Origin: an uncultured Gemmatimonadales bacterium
GTDB taxonomy: Bacteria > Gemmatimonadota > Gemmatimonadetes > Longimicrobiales > RSA9
Length of the DNA: 64,000 nucleotides
NCBI GenBank assembly: GCA_963798085.1
Contig: CAWCRS010000003.1
Coordinates: 288,001-352,000, forward strand
Direction: 5' to 3'
The notes beneath the pieces are model-generated. The model had not been told where the DNA came from. It did no database searches and worked only from the letters and a program-made list of their open reading frames with translations. Positions 1 to 10,698 of this stretch are shown here, piece by piece. Position 1 is the first letter of the stretch. Every line of letters starts with the position of its first letter. A program made the position numbers and the translations under genes.

Positions 1-110
1 AGATGCGGGCGGCGGGGAAGCGTCGTCCAGAGCGAAGGCGGGACCGGCCTCGGCGCGGCAGTCACGGAAGTATGGCGGGTGCTGCCGCCGGCAGGCAGCC
101 GGCGCGGGGG

Positions 111-143
111 CCACCCGGGCGACGCGCTTCGCCTCCCGGGTGG
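111..143 (-). terminator. Hairpin just downstream of the TonB receptor, possible terminator
   Basis: CCACCCGGG (111-119) pairs with CCCGGGTGG (135-143), 10 bp past the stop; no clear U-tract. Confidence 0.35.
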
Positions 144-152
144 AGCCTCGTC

Positions 153-2505
153 TTACTGCGGGATGAAGCTGAGCCTCAGACTGGCGTACCAGCCAGTCTT
201 GTAGGGGGCCGGGATGATGAAGCCGTCGCCGTGCCCGCCGTCCTCGTCGAGCGCCAGCCCGGCGTAGTTCGGACCCACGAACAGGAACGCCGGATACGTG
301 CTGCCCGTCAGGTTGTCCGCGCCGCCGTACAGGTCGATGCGCCAGCGGTTGTGGATCGCGCGCTGGATCCCGGCCTTCAGGTCCATCAGCGAGTAGCCGT
401 TCACAAAGGTCGAGTTGTCGAACGTGATCGCCTGCCTGTCGACGTGCTGGTACGTGCCGTTGAGGTAGACGCCGCCGCTGAGCAACAGATCGAGGCCCGC
501 GTTGAAGACGTTCTTCGGCACGCGCGGCACCTGGTTCCCGGAGAAGTCCACGGTGCTCGCGCTGTGGTTGTTGTCGCTCTTGAAGTCGATGAACTTCGCA
601 TCCGTGTACGAATAGGTGAGCCACGGCCGCACGCGGGACAGCGGGCGCCCGGGCTGGTCCACGGCGAGCAGGCTGAGCGACACCTCAGCGCCGCGGTTGC
701 GCTGCTTGCCGGCGTTCGTCGTGTACGTCACCGAATTCGACGTCGCGGAAACCAGCTTGTCCGTGTTCTCGACGTCATAGAGCGCGATGCGCCCCGAGAG
801 CCGGTGCGCCGCCATCGATCCCTGCGCGCCCACCTCGTACTGCACGGCGCGCTCCGGCTTGAGCGCCAGATCCACCGTGCCGTCGTTCGCCACCGTGTTG
901 CCGAGCAGCGGCGGCGCGTAGCCCGAACCCACGCTGGCGTACAGCGAGGTCGCACTGCCCAGCTCCTTCGCGAACGACACGTGCGGCGTGAACACCGCGT
1001 CGAAGGTGCGCACGCGCACCAGCGCGCTGTCGAACACCACGTTGTTGCGCAACATGTTCTGAATGGCGAACCCATCCTTGTGGTAGCCCGCACCCAGCGT
1101 CAGCCGCGTGCCCGCCGGCATGTCGAAGCTCCAGTCCGTGAACAGGGCCGCGTTGGTGGCGTAGTTCTGCTGGTCGCTCGGCCGCTGCGGGTTGGGCGGC
1201 GCGGGCACGATGAACACGCCGTTGCTCGTGACATTGGAGCGCTGCAGCATGCCGCCGAAGGTGCCGCTCACGCCCACACTGCTGCCCAGCCGGCCGGCGA
1301 CCCCCAGCACGCTGCGCGCACCGAAGCTGAACTGGTTGTTGTTGGTCAGGCCGTGCGCGAAACGCTGATCGTACGTCAGACCCGTCCCGTACAGCGTGGT
1401 GCGATCGGTGAAGCGATCGCTCAGCTGGATGTGGTCGGTCACGCCCGCCACGAAGCCGTTCATGACGATGTGCGAGTTGTTCGCCAGGTACGCCGCGTTG
1501 CTGCGCGGATTGCGCGCGTACAGGTCCGTGGTGTCGATCTCGCCCGCCAGCTCCTCGAAGGAACGGTTGTAGGCGAAGTACGACGAAAGGGTGTGGCTGT
1601 CCGAGGCCTGGAAGTCGCCGGTCGCACTCACGAAGTGCTTCTCCGACCCGCTGTGCGGGCGGAACGAGTCGTAGGTCTGGTAGCCGTAGTTGAGCACGAA
1701 ATCGGAACGGTCCGTCGCCTTCTCGAACGTCGTGTTAGTACGCAGTATGCCGTCCGTACCGCCCAGCAGCTGCTGGCTGAACGACGTCTCGTCGGGCGCG
1801 GGCCGCTCCGTGCTCAGGCGCAGCGCGCCGCCAATGAAGCTGCCGAACTCCGGCGACGCCGGCCCCTTGATGATATCCACGCGCCCGAGCGTCGCGAAAT
1901 CCACGTCATCCAGAATCGTGAGGCCGGAGGCATCCGTGATCGGGATGTCGTTCAGGAATACCTGGTAGCCCAGCCCGTTCGAGTTGGGGCTGTTGCCGCT
2001 GGTGCTCGGGTAGTAGCCGCGAATGGTGACGCGCGTGCCGCCCCACGGCGTGCGTGACTGCATGAACACACCCGGCACCGTGTTGATCGAACTCTCCAGG
2101 CGCAGCTCATTGGCGCGCTCCAGATCGTGCTGCGTCAGCAGGCTCACCGCCGGCGTCGCGCGCGTGGCCACCGCCTGGATCCCCGGTATCGGCACCGCGG
2201 CCGGCGCCAGCCGGATGTTCAGCACGCCATTCGCATTCGCCACATCCACCTGTTTCGCGGCGTAGCCCAGGCTCGACACCGTCAGGCTCGAGACCGGCTC
2301 CCGCGCGCGCAGCGTGAAAGAGCCCGCCTCGTTCGTCACTGTGCCCCTGTCCGTCCCCGTGATCCGCACGGCGGCGCCGGCAATGGCCGAGCCCGTCTGC
2401 TGATCCACGACCGTGCCCTGCACCAGCGTCTGCGCGTGCAGCCTGGCCGGCATCACAGGGAGTAGCGCGCCGAGCAGCGCGATGCACGATCGGAGTCTAG
2501 TTCAT
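153..2505 (-). CDS. TonB-dependent outer-membrane receptor with N-terminal carboxypeptidase-regulatory-like domain; probable 1-bp frameshift right after the start codon
   Basis: ORF 153..2456: VQGTVVDQQTGSAIAGAAV...TNEAGSF, plug (TIRG, RVDIIKGPAS), LKPERAVQYEVG, C-terminal beta strand. ATG at 2505 reads ATG AAC TAG; removing one A gives the signal peptide MTRLRSCIALLGALLPVMPARLHAQ. Confidence 0.9.
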
Positions 2506-2524
2506 GAGTGGTGTCCCGGCATAG

Positions 2525-2545
2525 GTTCATGAAACTTTCATGAAC
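2525..2545. promoter_or_regulatory. 21-bp palindrome upstream of the TonB receptor, candidate response-regulator site
   Basis: GTTCATGAAA-C-TTTCATGAAC; also two TTCATGAA copies 11 bp apart; AT-rich in a GC-rich background. Confidence 0.6.
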
Positions 2546-2596
2546 GCGACGATACGCGACGGGACCCACCGCTGCAAGGCGGAACCCGCAACGCGA

Positions 2597-4054
2597 CTAC
2601 GCGTTGGGGCCGGTGAGCGGCGGCGACCCGGCCGCGAGCGGGAGGGTGACGCGGAACTCGGTGCGGCCGGGGCGGGAGTCGGAAACCACGAGACTGCCGC
2701 GATGCAGTTCGACAATGCGGCGGCAGATGGAGAGGCCGAGGCCGGCGCCGCTCGTGAGTGTGCTTTCCTGCCGGGAGCGGGCGACGTCGACCCGGAAGAA
2801 GCGTTCGAAGATGCGTTCGCGCAGATGGGCGGGAATGCCGGGTCCGGCGTCGACCACGGAGAGCTGGCAATGGGTCGCGCTGCTGCGCAGGGACACGCGG
2901 ACGCTGGCGCCGGCCGGCGAGTGTTTGATGGCGTTGTCGAGGAGGTTGAGGATGACGCTGTCGAGGAGGTCGGCGTCGCCGGTCAGCGGGACTTCCACAA
3001 TGTCGAGGATCTCGAGTGCGATGTCGCGCTTGTCGGCGATGGGCTTGACCGTGCGGACGGTGTCGCGGACGAGGTCGTCGAGGTAGAGCGGCGCGGGCAG
3101 GGGCACGAGATGGCCGGCATCGGCGCGGGCAATGAGGAACACGTCGTCGACGATGCGTGCGAGCCGCCGCGACGCGTCCTGCACCACGGCCAAGGAGGCG
3201 CGGTACTCGTCTTCGCTGCGCGTGGCGCGTGACAGGGTCACGTCGGCTTCGGTCCGGATGATTGCGGAAGGCGTGCGCAGCTCGTGGGAAGCGTCGGTCA
3301 TGAAGCGACGCTGCTGCTCGAAGGACTTTTCGAGTCGGTCGAGGAGGTGATTGAGGACGCGGGCCAGTTCGCCCAGCTCATCCTCGGCGCCGGCGGGCAG
3401 CCGCTCGTGCAGTGTGCTGGCGCCGATGGCGGCGGCATGGGCGGCCATGGCGGCTACGGGCCGAAGGCTCCTGCGCGTGAGGAAGGATGCGCCCGTGGCG
3501 GCACAGGCGAGGATGAGCGGGATGGCGATGAGGAACAGGCGCCGGATGCGCTTGAGCATCGCCTCCGAGGCCGCGAGCGGGTGCACACCGGCGATGAAGA
3601 AGCTCCGGTTTCCGACGGCGAGCCGGCGCACGAGGACGCGAAACGGGATGCCGTCCGTGCGCACGGTGCGCGGCAGACCTGAGGCATCGGCGGCGAGTCC
3701 TGCGCGCGCCAGGACGGAGTCCAGGTCCGGCACGGATGCGTCGCCTGCATCCGCCGCGCTCCGGCCGACGATGGCGCCGGTGGTGTTGAGGATCACGATG
3801 TCGACTTCGCGGAAGCGCACTTCCTCGAGCGTGCGGCGGATGGCGGACTCAATGTCGGGCCCGGCGCGCCGTTCGGAGCCCAGCTCGCGGGAGAAGACGG
3901 TGAGGGCATCGCCCACGAACGCGTCGGTGCGGACGCCGATGGTGCTGGAGAAAATGAGATAGGACGCGATGGCGAAAGCGATGAGCGGCAGCGCCAGGGC
4001 CACCGTGTACCAGAGCGTCAGTCGGGTTCGGACCGATGTGGGGACGACGCGCAT
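2597..4054 (-). CDS. Membrane sensor histidine kinase (HAMP-HisKA-HATPase, CusS/CzcS-like)
   Basis: MRVVPTSVRTRLTLWY, two TM segments, FMTDASHELRTP H-box, NLLDNAIKH, DAGPGIP, GAGLGLSI. Confidence 0.93.
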   Translation of the reverse strand: MRVVPTSVRTRLTLWYTVALALPLIAFAIASYLIFSSTIGVRTDAFVGDALTVFSRELGSERRAGPDIESAIRRTLEEVRFREVDIVILNTTGAIVGRSAADAGDASVPDLDSVLARAGLAADASGLPRTVRTDGIPFRVLVRRLAVGNRSFFIAGVHPLAASEAMLKRIRRLFLIAIPLILACAATGASFLTRRSLRPVAAMAAHAAAIGASTLHERLPAGAEDELGELARVLNHLLDRLEKSFEQQRRFMTDASHELRTPSAIIRTEADVTLSRATRSEDEYRASLAVVQDASRRLARIVDDVFLIARADAGHLVPLPAPLYLDDLVRDTVRTVKPIADKRDIALEILDIVEVPLTGDADLLDSVILNLLDNAIKHSPAGASVRVSLRSSATHCQLSVVDAGPGIPAHLRERIFERFFRVDVARSRQESTLTSGAGLGLSICRRIVELHRGSLVVSDSRPGRTEFRVTLPLAAGSPPLTGPNA

Positions 4055-4058
4055 CGGT

Positions 4059-4757
4059 TCAGCCGTTCCCGGTGTCCTCGCCGGCCGCGGCGTCGGGGTC
4101 CAGCAGGTAACCGACGCCGCGGCGGGTCGCAAAGAGCGGCACGGTTTCGCCCTCGTCGATCTTGCGGCGCAGTCGGCTGGCGTAGACATCGATGACGTTG
4201 GAATGGGCGTGGCTGTCATCCCAGACGTGTGTCATCAGATCGCTGCGTGGCACCACGCTGCCGGCATTCCTGGCGAGGTGAACGAGGAAGGTGAACTCCT
4301 TTGCGGTCAGCTGGATCTCGCGCGCACCGCGGCGCACCGTGCGCCGCCGCGTGTCGATCACGAGATCGCCGACCTGCAGCTGAGGCATGGACTTCTCACC
4401 GCGGCGGCGGGTGAGCGCGCGCAGTCGAGCCAGCAGCTCGCCGAAATCGAACGGCTTGGGCAGGTAGTCGTCGGCGCCGGCATCGAGTCCCTCAATGCGG
4501 GCATCGACGCCGTCGAGTGCCGTGAGCATGAGCACCGGCACCCAGTTCTCTTTCACGCGCAGCTCGCGGCACACCGCGATGCCGTCCTTCCCGGGCAGCA
4601 GGATGTCGAGGATAACGCAGTGATAGGATCCGGCCGCGGCCATGGCGGCAGCGTGCAGGCCGTCCGCCGCCTCATCGACCTCGTTGCCGGCTTCCCGGAG
4701 CCCGCGCGCCATCGACGTGCGGAGCTGGTTGTCATCTTCGACGAGCAGGATGCGCAT
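4059..4757 (-). CDS. OmpR-family response regulator
   Basis: MRILLVEDD, LDILLPGKDG, GADDYLPKPF, LTAKEF, VIDVYASRLRRKID, RGVGY. Confidence 0.95.
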   Translation of the reverse strand: MRILLVEDDNQLRTSMARGLREAGNEVDEAADGLHAAAMAAAGSYHCVILDILLPGKDGIAVCRELRVKENWVPVLMLTALDGVDARIEGLDAGADDYLPKPFDFGELLARLRALTRRRGEKSMPQLQVGDLVIDTRRRTVRRGAREIQLTAKEFTFLVHLARNAGSVVPRSDLMTHVWDDSHAHSNVIDVYASRLRRKIDEGETVPLFATRRGVGYLLDPDAAAGEDTGNG

Positions 4758-4853
4758 GGGCCGGAGCGGTTCGTTTGCGGGCGTCATCGTGCGCCTGTAA
4801 CCTATGCCTCCCCTCACCACACCACGACCCCCCACGAACAAGGACGCGCAGCC

Positions 4854-5779
4854 ATGGCCATGACGCCACCTCGCCTCGGGATATCCCTGCTGCTGCTGGG
4901 CTCACTTGCCTGCGGTGGGGGGGACGCAGCCGACCGGGCACAGCCGGGCGCCGCCGCGGCAGCGGAGTCCTTCGATCTGAGCCGGGTGGTGTGCGTGTCG
5001 AAGCAGATCAACGAATTCATGTACGCGATCGGCGCGCAGAATGAGCTGGTGGGGCGTCGACCTGACGTCAGTCTACCCACCGGAGATCAAGGAGCTGCCC
5101 AACGTGGGCTACCACCGCGCGCTGAGCGCGGACGGCATCATGTCCATGAAGCCCACGTTCTTTCTGACTGACGGCAATGTCGGTCCGGAGGCCGTGCTGG
5201 ATCAGATCCGGAAGGTGGGGATCCCGGTGAAGGTGATGGCACCCGGTGGCACACCGGAGGATGCGCGGAAACTGCTGCGCGAACTGGGCGCGCTCTTCGG
5301 CAGGAAGGCGGCGGCGGACAGCATTGTCGCGGAGTGGCAGCGCGGGATGGATGCCGCTCTGGCCGACACGAGCCAGTGGTCCGCTGACACGAGCCCGCGC
5401 GTGCTGGTGATCCACTTCGGGCAGATGGTCAACAACTACCTGGGGGTCAAGTCGGGGGGAGCGGCGGGGCAGGTGCTGCACTGGGCCGGCGCGGAGAACG
5501 CGATGGACTCCGTGGGCGGCATGTCTCGCCTGACGCCCGAGCTGATCGCGCAGCTCAAGCCGGATGTCATCATTGCGACGGAGGTGGGCTTCGACCGCGT
5601 AGGGCAGTCCGGAGGAGTTCGCGACGCTGCCGGGGGTGAACCTGACGCCGGCCGCGAAGAACGGCCGGATCTACCGGATCGAAGAAGACAAGATCATGTA
5701 CTTCGGCCCGCGCACGCCGGCCGCGGTCCGCGAGCTCGCCGCAGATCTCCACCCCGGGCTGCAGCCTGACGGAAGCTGA
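4854..5779 (+). CDS. Heme/iron-chelate ABC transporter substrate-binding lipoprotein (HmuT-like), frameshifted near 5050, 5600 and possibly 5750
   Basis: Lipobox LLGSLAC; frames join as ELVG/VDLTSVYPPEIKELPNVGYHRALSADGI...KPDVII...EEFATLPGVNLTPAAKNGRIYRIEEDKIMYFGPRT; end approximate. Confidence 0.85.
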
Positions 5780-5793
5780 GCGCGCGTGTCCCG

Positions 5794-6859
5794 TTGCTGA
5801 AACGCCTGCCGGACGGCACGGTGCACCTGCTGCTCGGGCTGCTGCTGCTCGACGCGGTGATCGTGTCGGCGGGCATCGGGGCGCTCTCGTTTTCGCCCGC
5901 CGAGAATGGTGCGCTATGCGGAGCAGGGACTGCACCGGCTTCCCGCGACGCCGCCGGAAGCGCTGGGCCGCAACGTCTTCCTGCAGCTGCGTCTGCCGCG
6001 CGTAGTGCTGGCCGGGCTCACGGGGGCGGTGCTGGGCGTCTCCGGCACGCTCATGCAGGGTCTGTTCCGCAACCCGATCGTCGAGCCCGGGCTCGCGGGC
6101 ACGTCGGCGGGAGCGGCGGTGGGCGCGGCGTTCGTGTTCGTGTTCGGCGGCAACACGGCGCTCGCCTTCACGAGGCCGCTGGGCTCGCTGGCGGTGCCGG
6201 TGCTCGCGTTCGCCGGCGCCTTCGCGGCCACGATGCTGGTGTATCGGGTGTCCACGGCGTTCGGCAAGGTCAACGTCTTCACATTGCTCCTCGCCGGCAT
6301 CGCGGTGAACGCGGTGTGCAATGCGGGCACCGGCTTCCTCTCGTACGTCGCACGCGACCCGCAGGCGCGAAACATCACGTTCTGGAACCTCGGCACCTTC
6401 ACCACCGCCGACTGGCGCGGCGTGGCCATGGTCGCGCTGTGCTTCGCGCTCTGCTTCGGCTGGACGGTGCGCAAGGGCAAGGCGCTCAATGCGCTCATGC
6501 TCGGCGAGGATGAGGCGAGCTACCTCGGCATCGATCCGTCCCGGCTGATCCTGACGCTGCTGATCGTGAACACGCTGATGGTGGCGGTGGCGACGGCGAT
6601 GGTCGGCGTCATCGCGTTCATCGGCCTCGTGGTGCCGCACATGCTCCGCATCACGAAGTCGGCCGACTACCGCTTTCTCATCCCCGGCTCGGCGCTACTC
6701 GGCGCGGTACTCATGGAAGTGGTGGACACGATCGCCCGCCTCATCATCCCGCCCGCGGAACTGCCCATCGGCATCATCACGGCCATGGTGGGTGCGCCGG
6801 TCTTCCTGTGGATCCTGCTGCGCCAGCGGGGAAAGGGTGGCGCGGGCTTCTATGGTTGA
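5794..6859 (+). CDS. hmuU: FecCD/HmuU-family ABC permease, frameshift near 5905
   Basis: LQLRLPRVVLA, QGLFRNPIVEP, LMLGEDEASYLG, IAFIGLVVPH, ELPIGIITAMVGAP; N-terminal TM segment lies in the frame of ORF 5794. Confidence 0.88.
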
Positions 6860-7637
6860 GCTGCGGGACATTGCCTGGCGCGTGGGTCAGGCGCGCATTC
6901 TCGAGGACATCACACTGGGCTTCCGCCGCGGCGCTTTCAACTGCGTGCTCGGGCCGAACGGCGCCGGCAAGTCGACGCTGCTCCGCATCGCGACCGGGCT
7001 GCTGCGGCCCAGCGCCGGCCGCGTGCTGTACGACGGCGCGCCGGTCGAGAGCATCGGCGCGGAAGCACTGGCCCGCGGGCGGGCCGTGCTGTCGCAGCAC
7101 GTCGAGCTGAGCTTCCCGCTGCCCGCGCGCGCGGTGGCCATGATGGGCCGGTATCCGCACTACGGGCGGGTGCCGGGCGCGCGGGACCGCGCCATCGTCG
7201 AACGCGCCCTGGAGATCGTGGGCATCGGCGAACAAGCGGACCAGGCGTATCCGACGCTGTCGGGCGGGGAGCAGCAGAAGGTGCAGCTGGCGAGGGTGCT
7301 GGCGCAGATCTGGAACTACGACTCGCCTTCGGGGCACAAGCTGCTCTTCCTGGATGAGCCGACGACGAGCCTCGATGTGCACTATCAGATCCACCTGCTG
7401 GACGTCGCCCGCGACCTGACACGGCACGACTGCACGGTGGTCGCCATCCTGCACGACCTCAACGTGGCGCTGCAGTACGGCGATGCGTTCTTCGTGCTGG
7501 ACGGCGGCCGCCTGGTGCACCAGGCGGATTCGGCCGGCGCCATCGAGGCCGACCTGATCGAGCGCGTCTTCCGCGTGCACGCCCACCGCATTGTCGATCC
7601 GCAGGACGGCCAGTCGCTCTGGCGCTTCAGGCTGTAG
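6852..7637 (+). CDS. hmuV: Heme ABC transporter ATP-binding protein (HmuV-like)
   Basis: GPNGAGKST, YPTLSGGEQQKVQLARVLAQIW, LFLDEPTTSLD, ILHDLN; ATG overlaps the permease end. Confidence 0.92.
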   Translation: MVELRDIAWRVGQARILEDITLGFRRGAFNCVLGPNGAGKSTLLRIATGLLRPSAGRVLYDGAPVESIGAEALARGRAVLSQHVELSFPLPARAVAMMGRYPHYGRVPGARDRAIVERALEIVGIGEQADQAYPTLSGGEQQKVQLARVLAQIWNYDSPSGHKLLFLDEPTTSLDVHYQIHLLDVARDLTRHDCTVVAILHDLNVALQYGDAFFVLDGGRLVHQADSAGAIEADLIERVFRVHAHRIVDPQDGQSLWRFRL

Positions 7638-7701
7638 CGGCCTAGAACCAGTCGTTAGAGACGAGCGCCGCCATGAGCAGCGCTGTTCTTCCAACCGCCC
7701 G

Positions 7702-10581
7702 TTATCGGGCTGGGGCGTCAACCCCGCTACGGACGCCGCCGCGCGCCGGGGCGGAGGATGTGTCCGGCTTGAGCAGTGCATCCGCCCGTTTGCTCGCCTC
7801 CGCAACCAGCCCGTTGGCGCGATCGTCCGCTTCCTTCTCGAGCTTCGTCGCCTTGTCGTCGCCTTCCTTGCGGATGCGGTCGGCCACAGGCTTTGCGGCG
7901 GCGCGCGCGAGGTCGCTCTTCGCCGCGGCCAGCACGTCATCGGCACGGCGGTTCGCTTCGGCGCGCACCTCGTCGCCCAGGCGCTTCGCCTGTGCCCGGA
8001 TGGTGTCGGCGCGCACCTGCGCCTCGGCAATGAGGCTGTCGGCCCTCGCCTGCGCCTGGCGTCTTGCCGCTTCCTTCGTCGAGTCGACGCGCTCCTTCGC
8101 CTCCGTCGTCTTCTGCTCGACCGCGCTCCTGACAGCCTGTTGCGCCTGCTCCCCCACCGATGCCACGGCACTGCCCAGTCCTACGTCCAGCAATGGCGAT
8201 GTCACCGTACCGGTCACGTGAATGCCCAGACGCACGGAATCGGCAGCCTGCAGGTCGAGATCCGCCTTGCCTGCCTTCGTCGCCAGGTTCTGCAGGAACT
8301 GGTTGGCTGCATCACCCAGCACGCCACGCGGCGCGACCAGGTCGAGCGCATAGTCCAGTGACTGATCAATGCCGTTCGAACCGCTGACCTGCAGGCCGAA
8401 GTCGCCGGCACTCACGTGGAACGGCTTCACGAACAGCCGGCCATCGCGAATCGAGAAGCTGGAGCGGATCGCGTCCAGTGTGGGATTGCTGAGGCGGGGG
8501 ACTTTCAAGGTCTCGGAAAGCTTCTGCATCAGCGGGAACCCTTCCAGCGCGATGCGCGACGTGCGGAGCGAGCCGCTGCCGTCGAGTACGTCGAACAGCG
8601 GTGTGAGGTCGTGCGCCAGCGCGCCACTCAGGCTCAGCTGCGTCGAGAACGTGCCCTGTGCATAACGTGCGACGGGCGCGAGTGTACGCACGGTCAGCAG
8701 CGCCGCCGATGCGTCGTGGATGTTGAGCGAATCGATGTTCAGGTTGACGGCGAAATTCGGACGCGTCGTGTCGACTGTCTCATAGAAGCCGCGCACGCCC
8801 ATGCGTCCGCCCAGCGTCTCGAACGTGAAGTTCTCGAGCGTGAGCCGCTGCTCCCTCACGCGCACGCTGCCGCGCGCGTTCGCCATCTGCAGGGCGCCGT
8901 AGCTGAGCTGCGCGATCGTGCCATCGAGCGTGAGATCGAGCAGCGGCGGCACGGGAATCACCTCCAGCCCGGGCTGATCCGACTTCCACTCATCCAGCAC
9001 GAAGCGCTGGCTGGCGAATGTCGCGGTGGCACGCAGCGGCTCGCCGTGCATGAGGAAGCCGGGCAGGTTGTCGATCCCGCCTGTGGCCTGCAGATCGCTG
9101 CTGCCCAGTTGTGCGCGGAACGCATCCAGGCTGGTGCGGCGAGGTGAGAGCGCGATGCGCGCTTCCGCGATGGCCACGGGCTGGCGCAGCTGCGCCGTTT
9201 CGACACGCACCCCCTGTGCGGAGACAGTGCCGTGCGCGGCAATGCGATCGTAGCGTGCGTTCGCGACATCGGAGCGCCTTGCCGCGAGCGCTGCGTCGGC
9301 CGTCACGACACCGGCCAGCTGCTTCACACCTTCGAGCTTCATGGTGCGCCCCAGCTCGGCCAGATCGAGCGTGCCTTTGACGTTCGCGTCGACGTACGGA
9401 TCGGACACCGGCGTGCGCAGCGTGAGCGTCGCATCGAGCGGGTGCGCGCCGATTTCGGCGTGAAAGCGTCGCAGATTCACGACCGTGCTGTCCGCTGAGC
9501 CGCCCGGATTGGCGACAGCCAGGTCGAGCGCGATGGCGTGCGCTGCCTGCGGCAGGTCCGGGTAGCGGAACATGCCATCGCTCACGCGCACGTGGAGCGC
9601 GAACGCGGGCACGACGTCCTTCGCAAGGGTGCCGTGCACATGGCCGTCCAGTGCGAAGGTGCCCGAGGTCTGGAGCGACTGGTAGTCGTGCGCGTACACC
9701 GCGGGCACCAGCGACAGGATCTCCTTGAACGCGGTACCCGGCGCATCGAATTTCACGTCGAGCGCAAACGCGCTGTCAGAGCGGGCGGCCGTACCGTCGA
9801 AACGCAGCGCCAGACCGTTCAACTGCAGCGTATTGTCACGGAACGCAAACCGCTGGTTAGCCAGGTCCGCGTCCACGTCCGCCTGGAAATCCAGCGCCAC
9901 GCCGTCGAGCCACGGCGTGCCGGCATAACGGACCGTGGTGTGGTCCGCGTGCGTCCGCGTGCGCACACCCAGGCTGTCCCGGGCGAAGTCGCCGCTGAGC
10001 GTCTCGTGCAGTCCGTCCAGCGAGGCCATCAGTCCCGAGTGGGCGTCATGATAGGCGACACTGCCGTCCGCCAGCTCGAAATCGCGCAGCGCGACGTTCA
10101 GCGCACGCTTCGATTCCGTCGCTGGCCCGGCCGCGGTGGGCGGCTGCGGCTTCATGATGTCCCAGTTGGCGCTGCCATCGGCGAGCGCCTGCAGCCGCAG
10201 CACCGGCTGCTGCACACGGATCGAGCGCACGACGATCGGGCTGCCATGCATCAGGCTGCCCAGCACGCTCCCGAGGTCCAGCACCAGGCGGAAGCTCTGC
10301 ACGGACGCCAGTGTGTCCCCCGCGAAGCGGTCGCGTCCCACCACCGTCAGCCCGTTGATGCCGAGCGTCACGTTCGGGAAATGGCGGAAGAAGCCCAGGC
10401 TGATTCCGCGCCAGTCCACCTGCGCCGTCACGGCGTCGTTCACGGCCGCGCGCGCCCTCGCCTCAATGCGGCCGCGGAAGAGGATCGGCACGATCAGCAG
10501 CGCGGCCAGCAGGCAGGCGAGGAGCAGGCCCGCGGTAATGAGCAGTTTCTTGCGCACGTTCACATCGATCCGGGCTGGCAT
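7702..10581 (-). CDS. AsmA-family envelope protein with C-terminal coiled-coil tail
   Basis: N-terminal TM anchor, DGSANWDI motif, beta-rich repeats, SGSNGIDQSLDY, A/E/K-rich helical tail; start may be 10581, 10563 or 10557. Confidence 0.85.
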   Translation of the reverse strand: MPARIDVNVRKKLLITAGLLLACLLAALLIVPILFRGRIEARARAAVNDAVTAQVDWRGISLGFFRHFPNVTLGINGLTVVGRDRFAGDTLASVQSFRLVLDLGSVLGSLMHGSPIVVRSIRVQQPVLRLQALADGSANWDIMKPQPPTAAGPATESKRALNVALRDFELADGSVAYHDAHSGLMASLDGLHETLSGDFARDSLGVRTRTHADHTTVRYAGTPWLDGVALDFQADVDADLANQRFAFRDNTLQLNGLALRFDGTAARSDSAFALDVKFDAPGTAFKEILSLVPAVYAHDYQSLQTSGTFALDGHVHGTLAKDVVPAFALHVRVSDGMFRYPDLPQAAHAIALDLAVANPGGSADSTVVNLRRFHAEIGAHPLDATLTLRTPVSDPYVDANVKGTLDLAELGRTMKLEGVKQLAGVVTADAALAARRSDVANARYDRIAAHGTVSAQGVRVETAQLRQPVAIAEARIALSPRRTSLDAFRAQLGSSDLQATGGIDNLPGFLMHGEPLRATATFASQRFVLDEWKSDQPGLEVIPVPPLLDLTLDGTIAQLSYGALQMANARGSVRVREQRLTLENFTFETLGGRMGVRGFYETVDTTRPNFAVNLNIDSLNIHDASAALLTVRTLAPVARYAQGTFSTQLSLSGALAHDLTPLFDVLDGSGSLRTSRIALEGFPLMQKLSETLKVPRLSNPTLDAIRSSFSIRDGRLFVKPFHVSAGDFGLQVSGSNGIDQSLDYALDLVAPRGVLGDAANQFLQNLATKAGKADLDLQAADSVRLGIHVTGTVTSPLLDVGLGSAVASVGEQAQQAVRSAVEQKTTEAKERVDSTKEAARRQAQARADSLIAEAQVRADTIRAQAKRLGDEVRAEANRRADDVLAAAKSDLARAAAKPVADRIRKEGDDKATKLEKEADDRANGLVAEASKRADALLKPDTSSAPARGGVRSGVDAPAR

Positions 10582-10698
10582 GTTTGGCCGTTGGCAAGTG
10601 CACTCATGTGCGACGCGATGCACCTTGCGTTCCAGCGTACACCTGTACGCTGCCTGTTGGCCCACGCGCGCCGCGCGCCGAGGGTCGCTGCCGGACAG

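Noticed and set aside
3..2057. 684-aa plus-strand ORF and other long antisense ORFs (9538..11220, 14002..16401, 18077..20029, 26957..28570)
   Set aside because: Shadow frames of well-supported opposite-strand genes in GC-rich DNA; Arg-rich with no motifs
4854..6859. Pseudogenes or programmed frameshifting in the heme ABC genes
   Set aside because: Similar indels occur across unrelated genes with no shared slippery signal; sequencing error is more parsimonious
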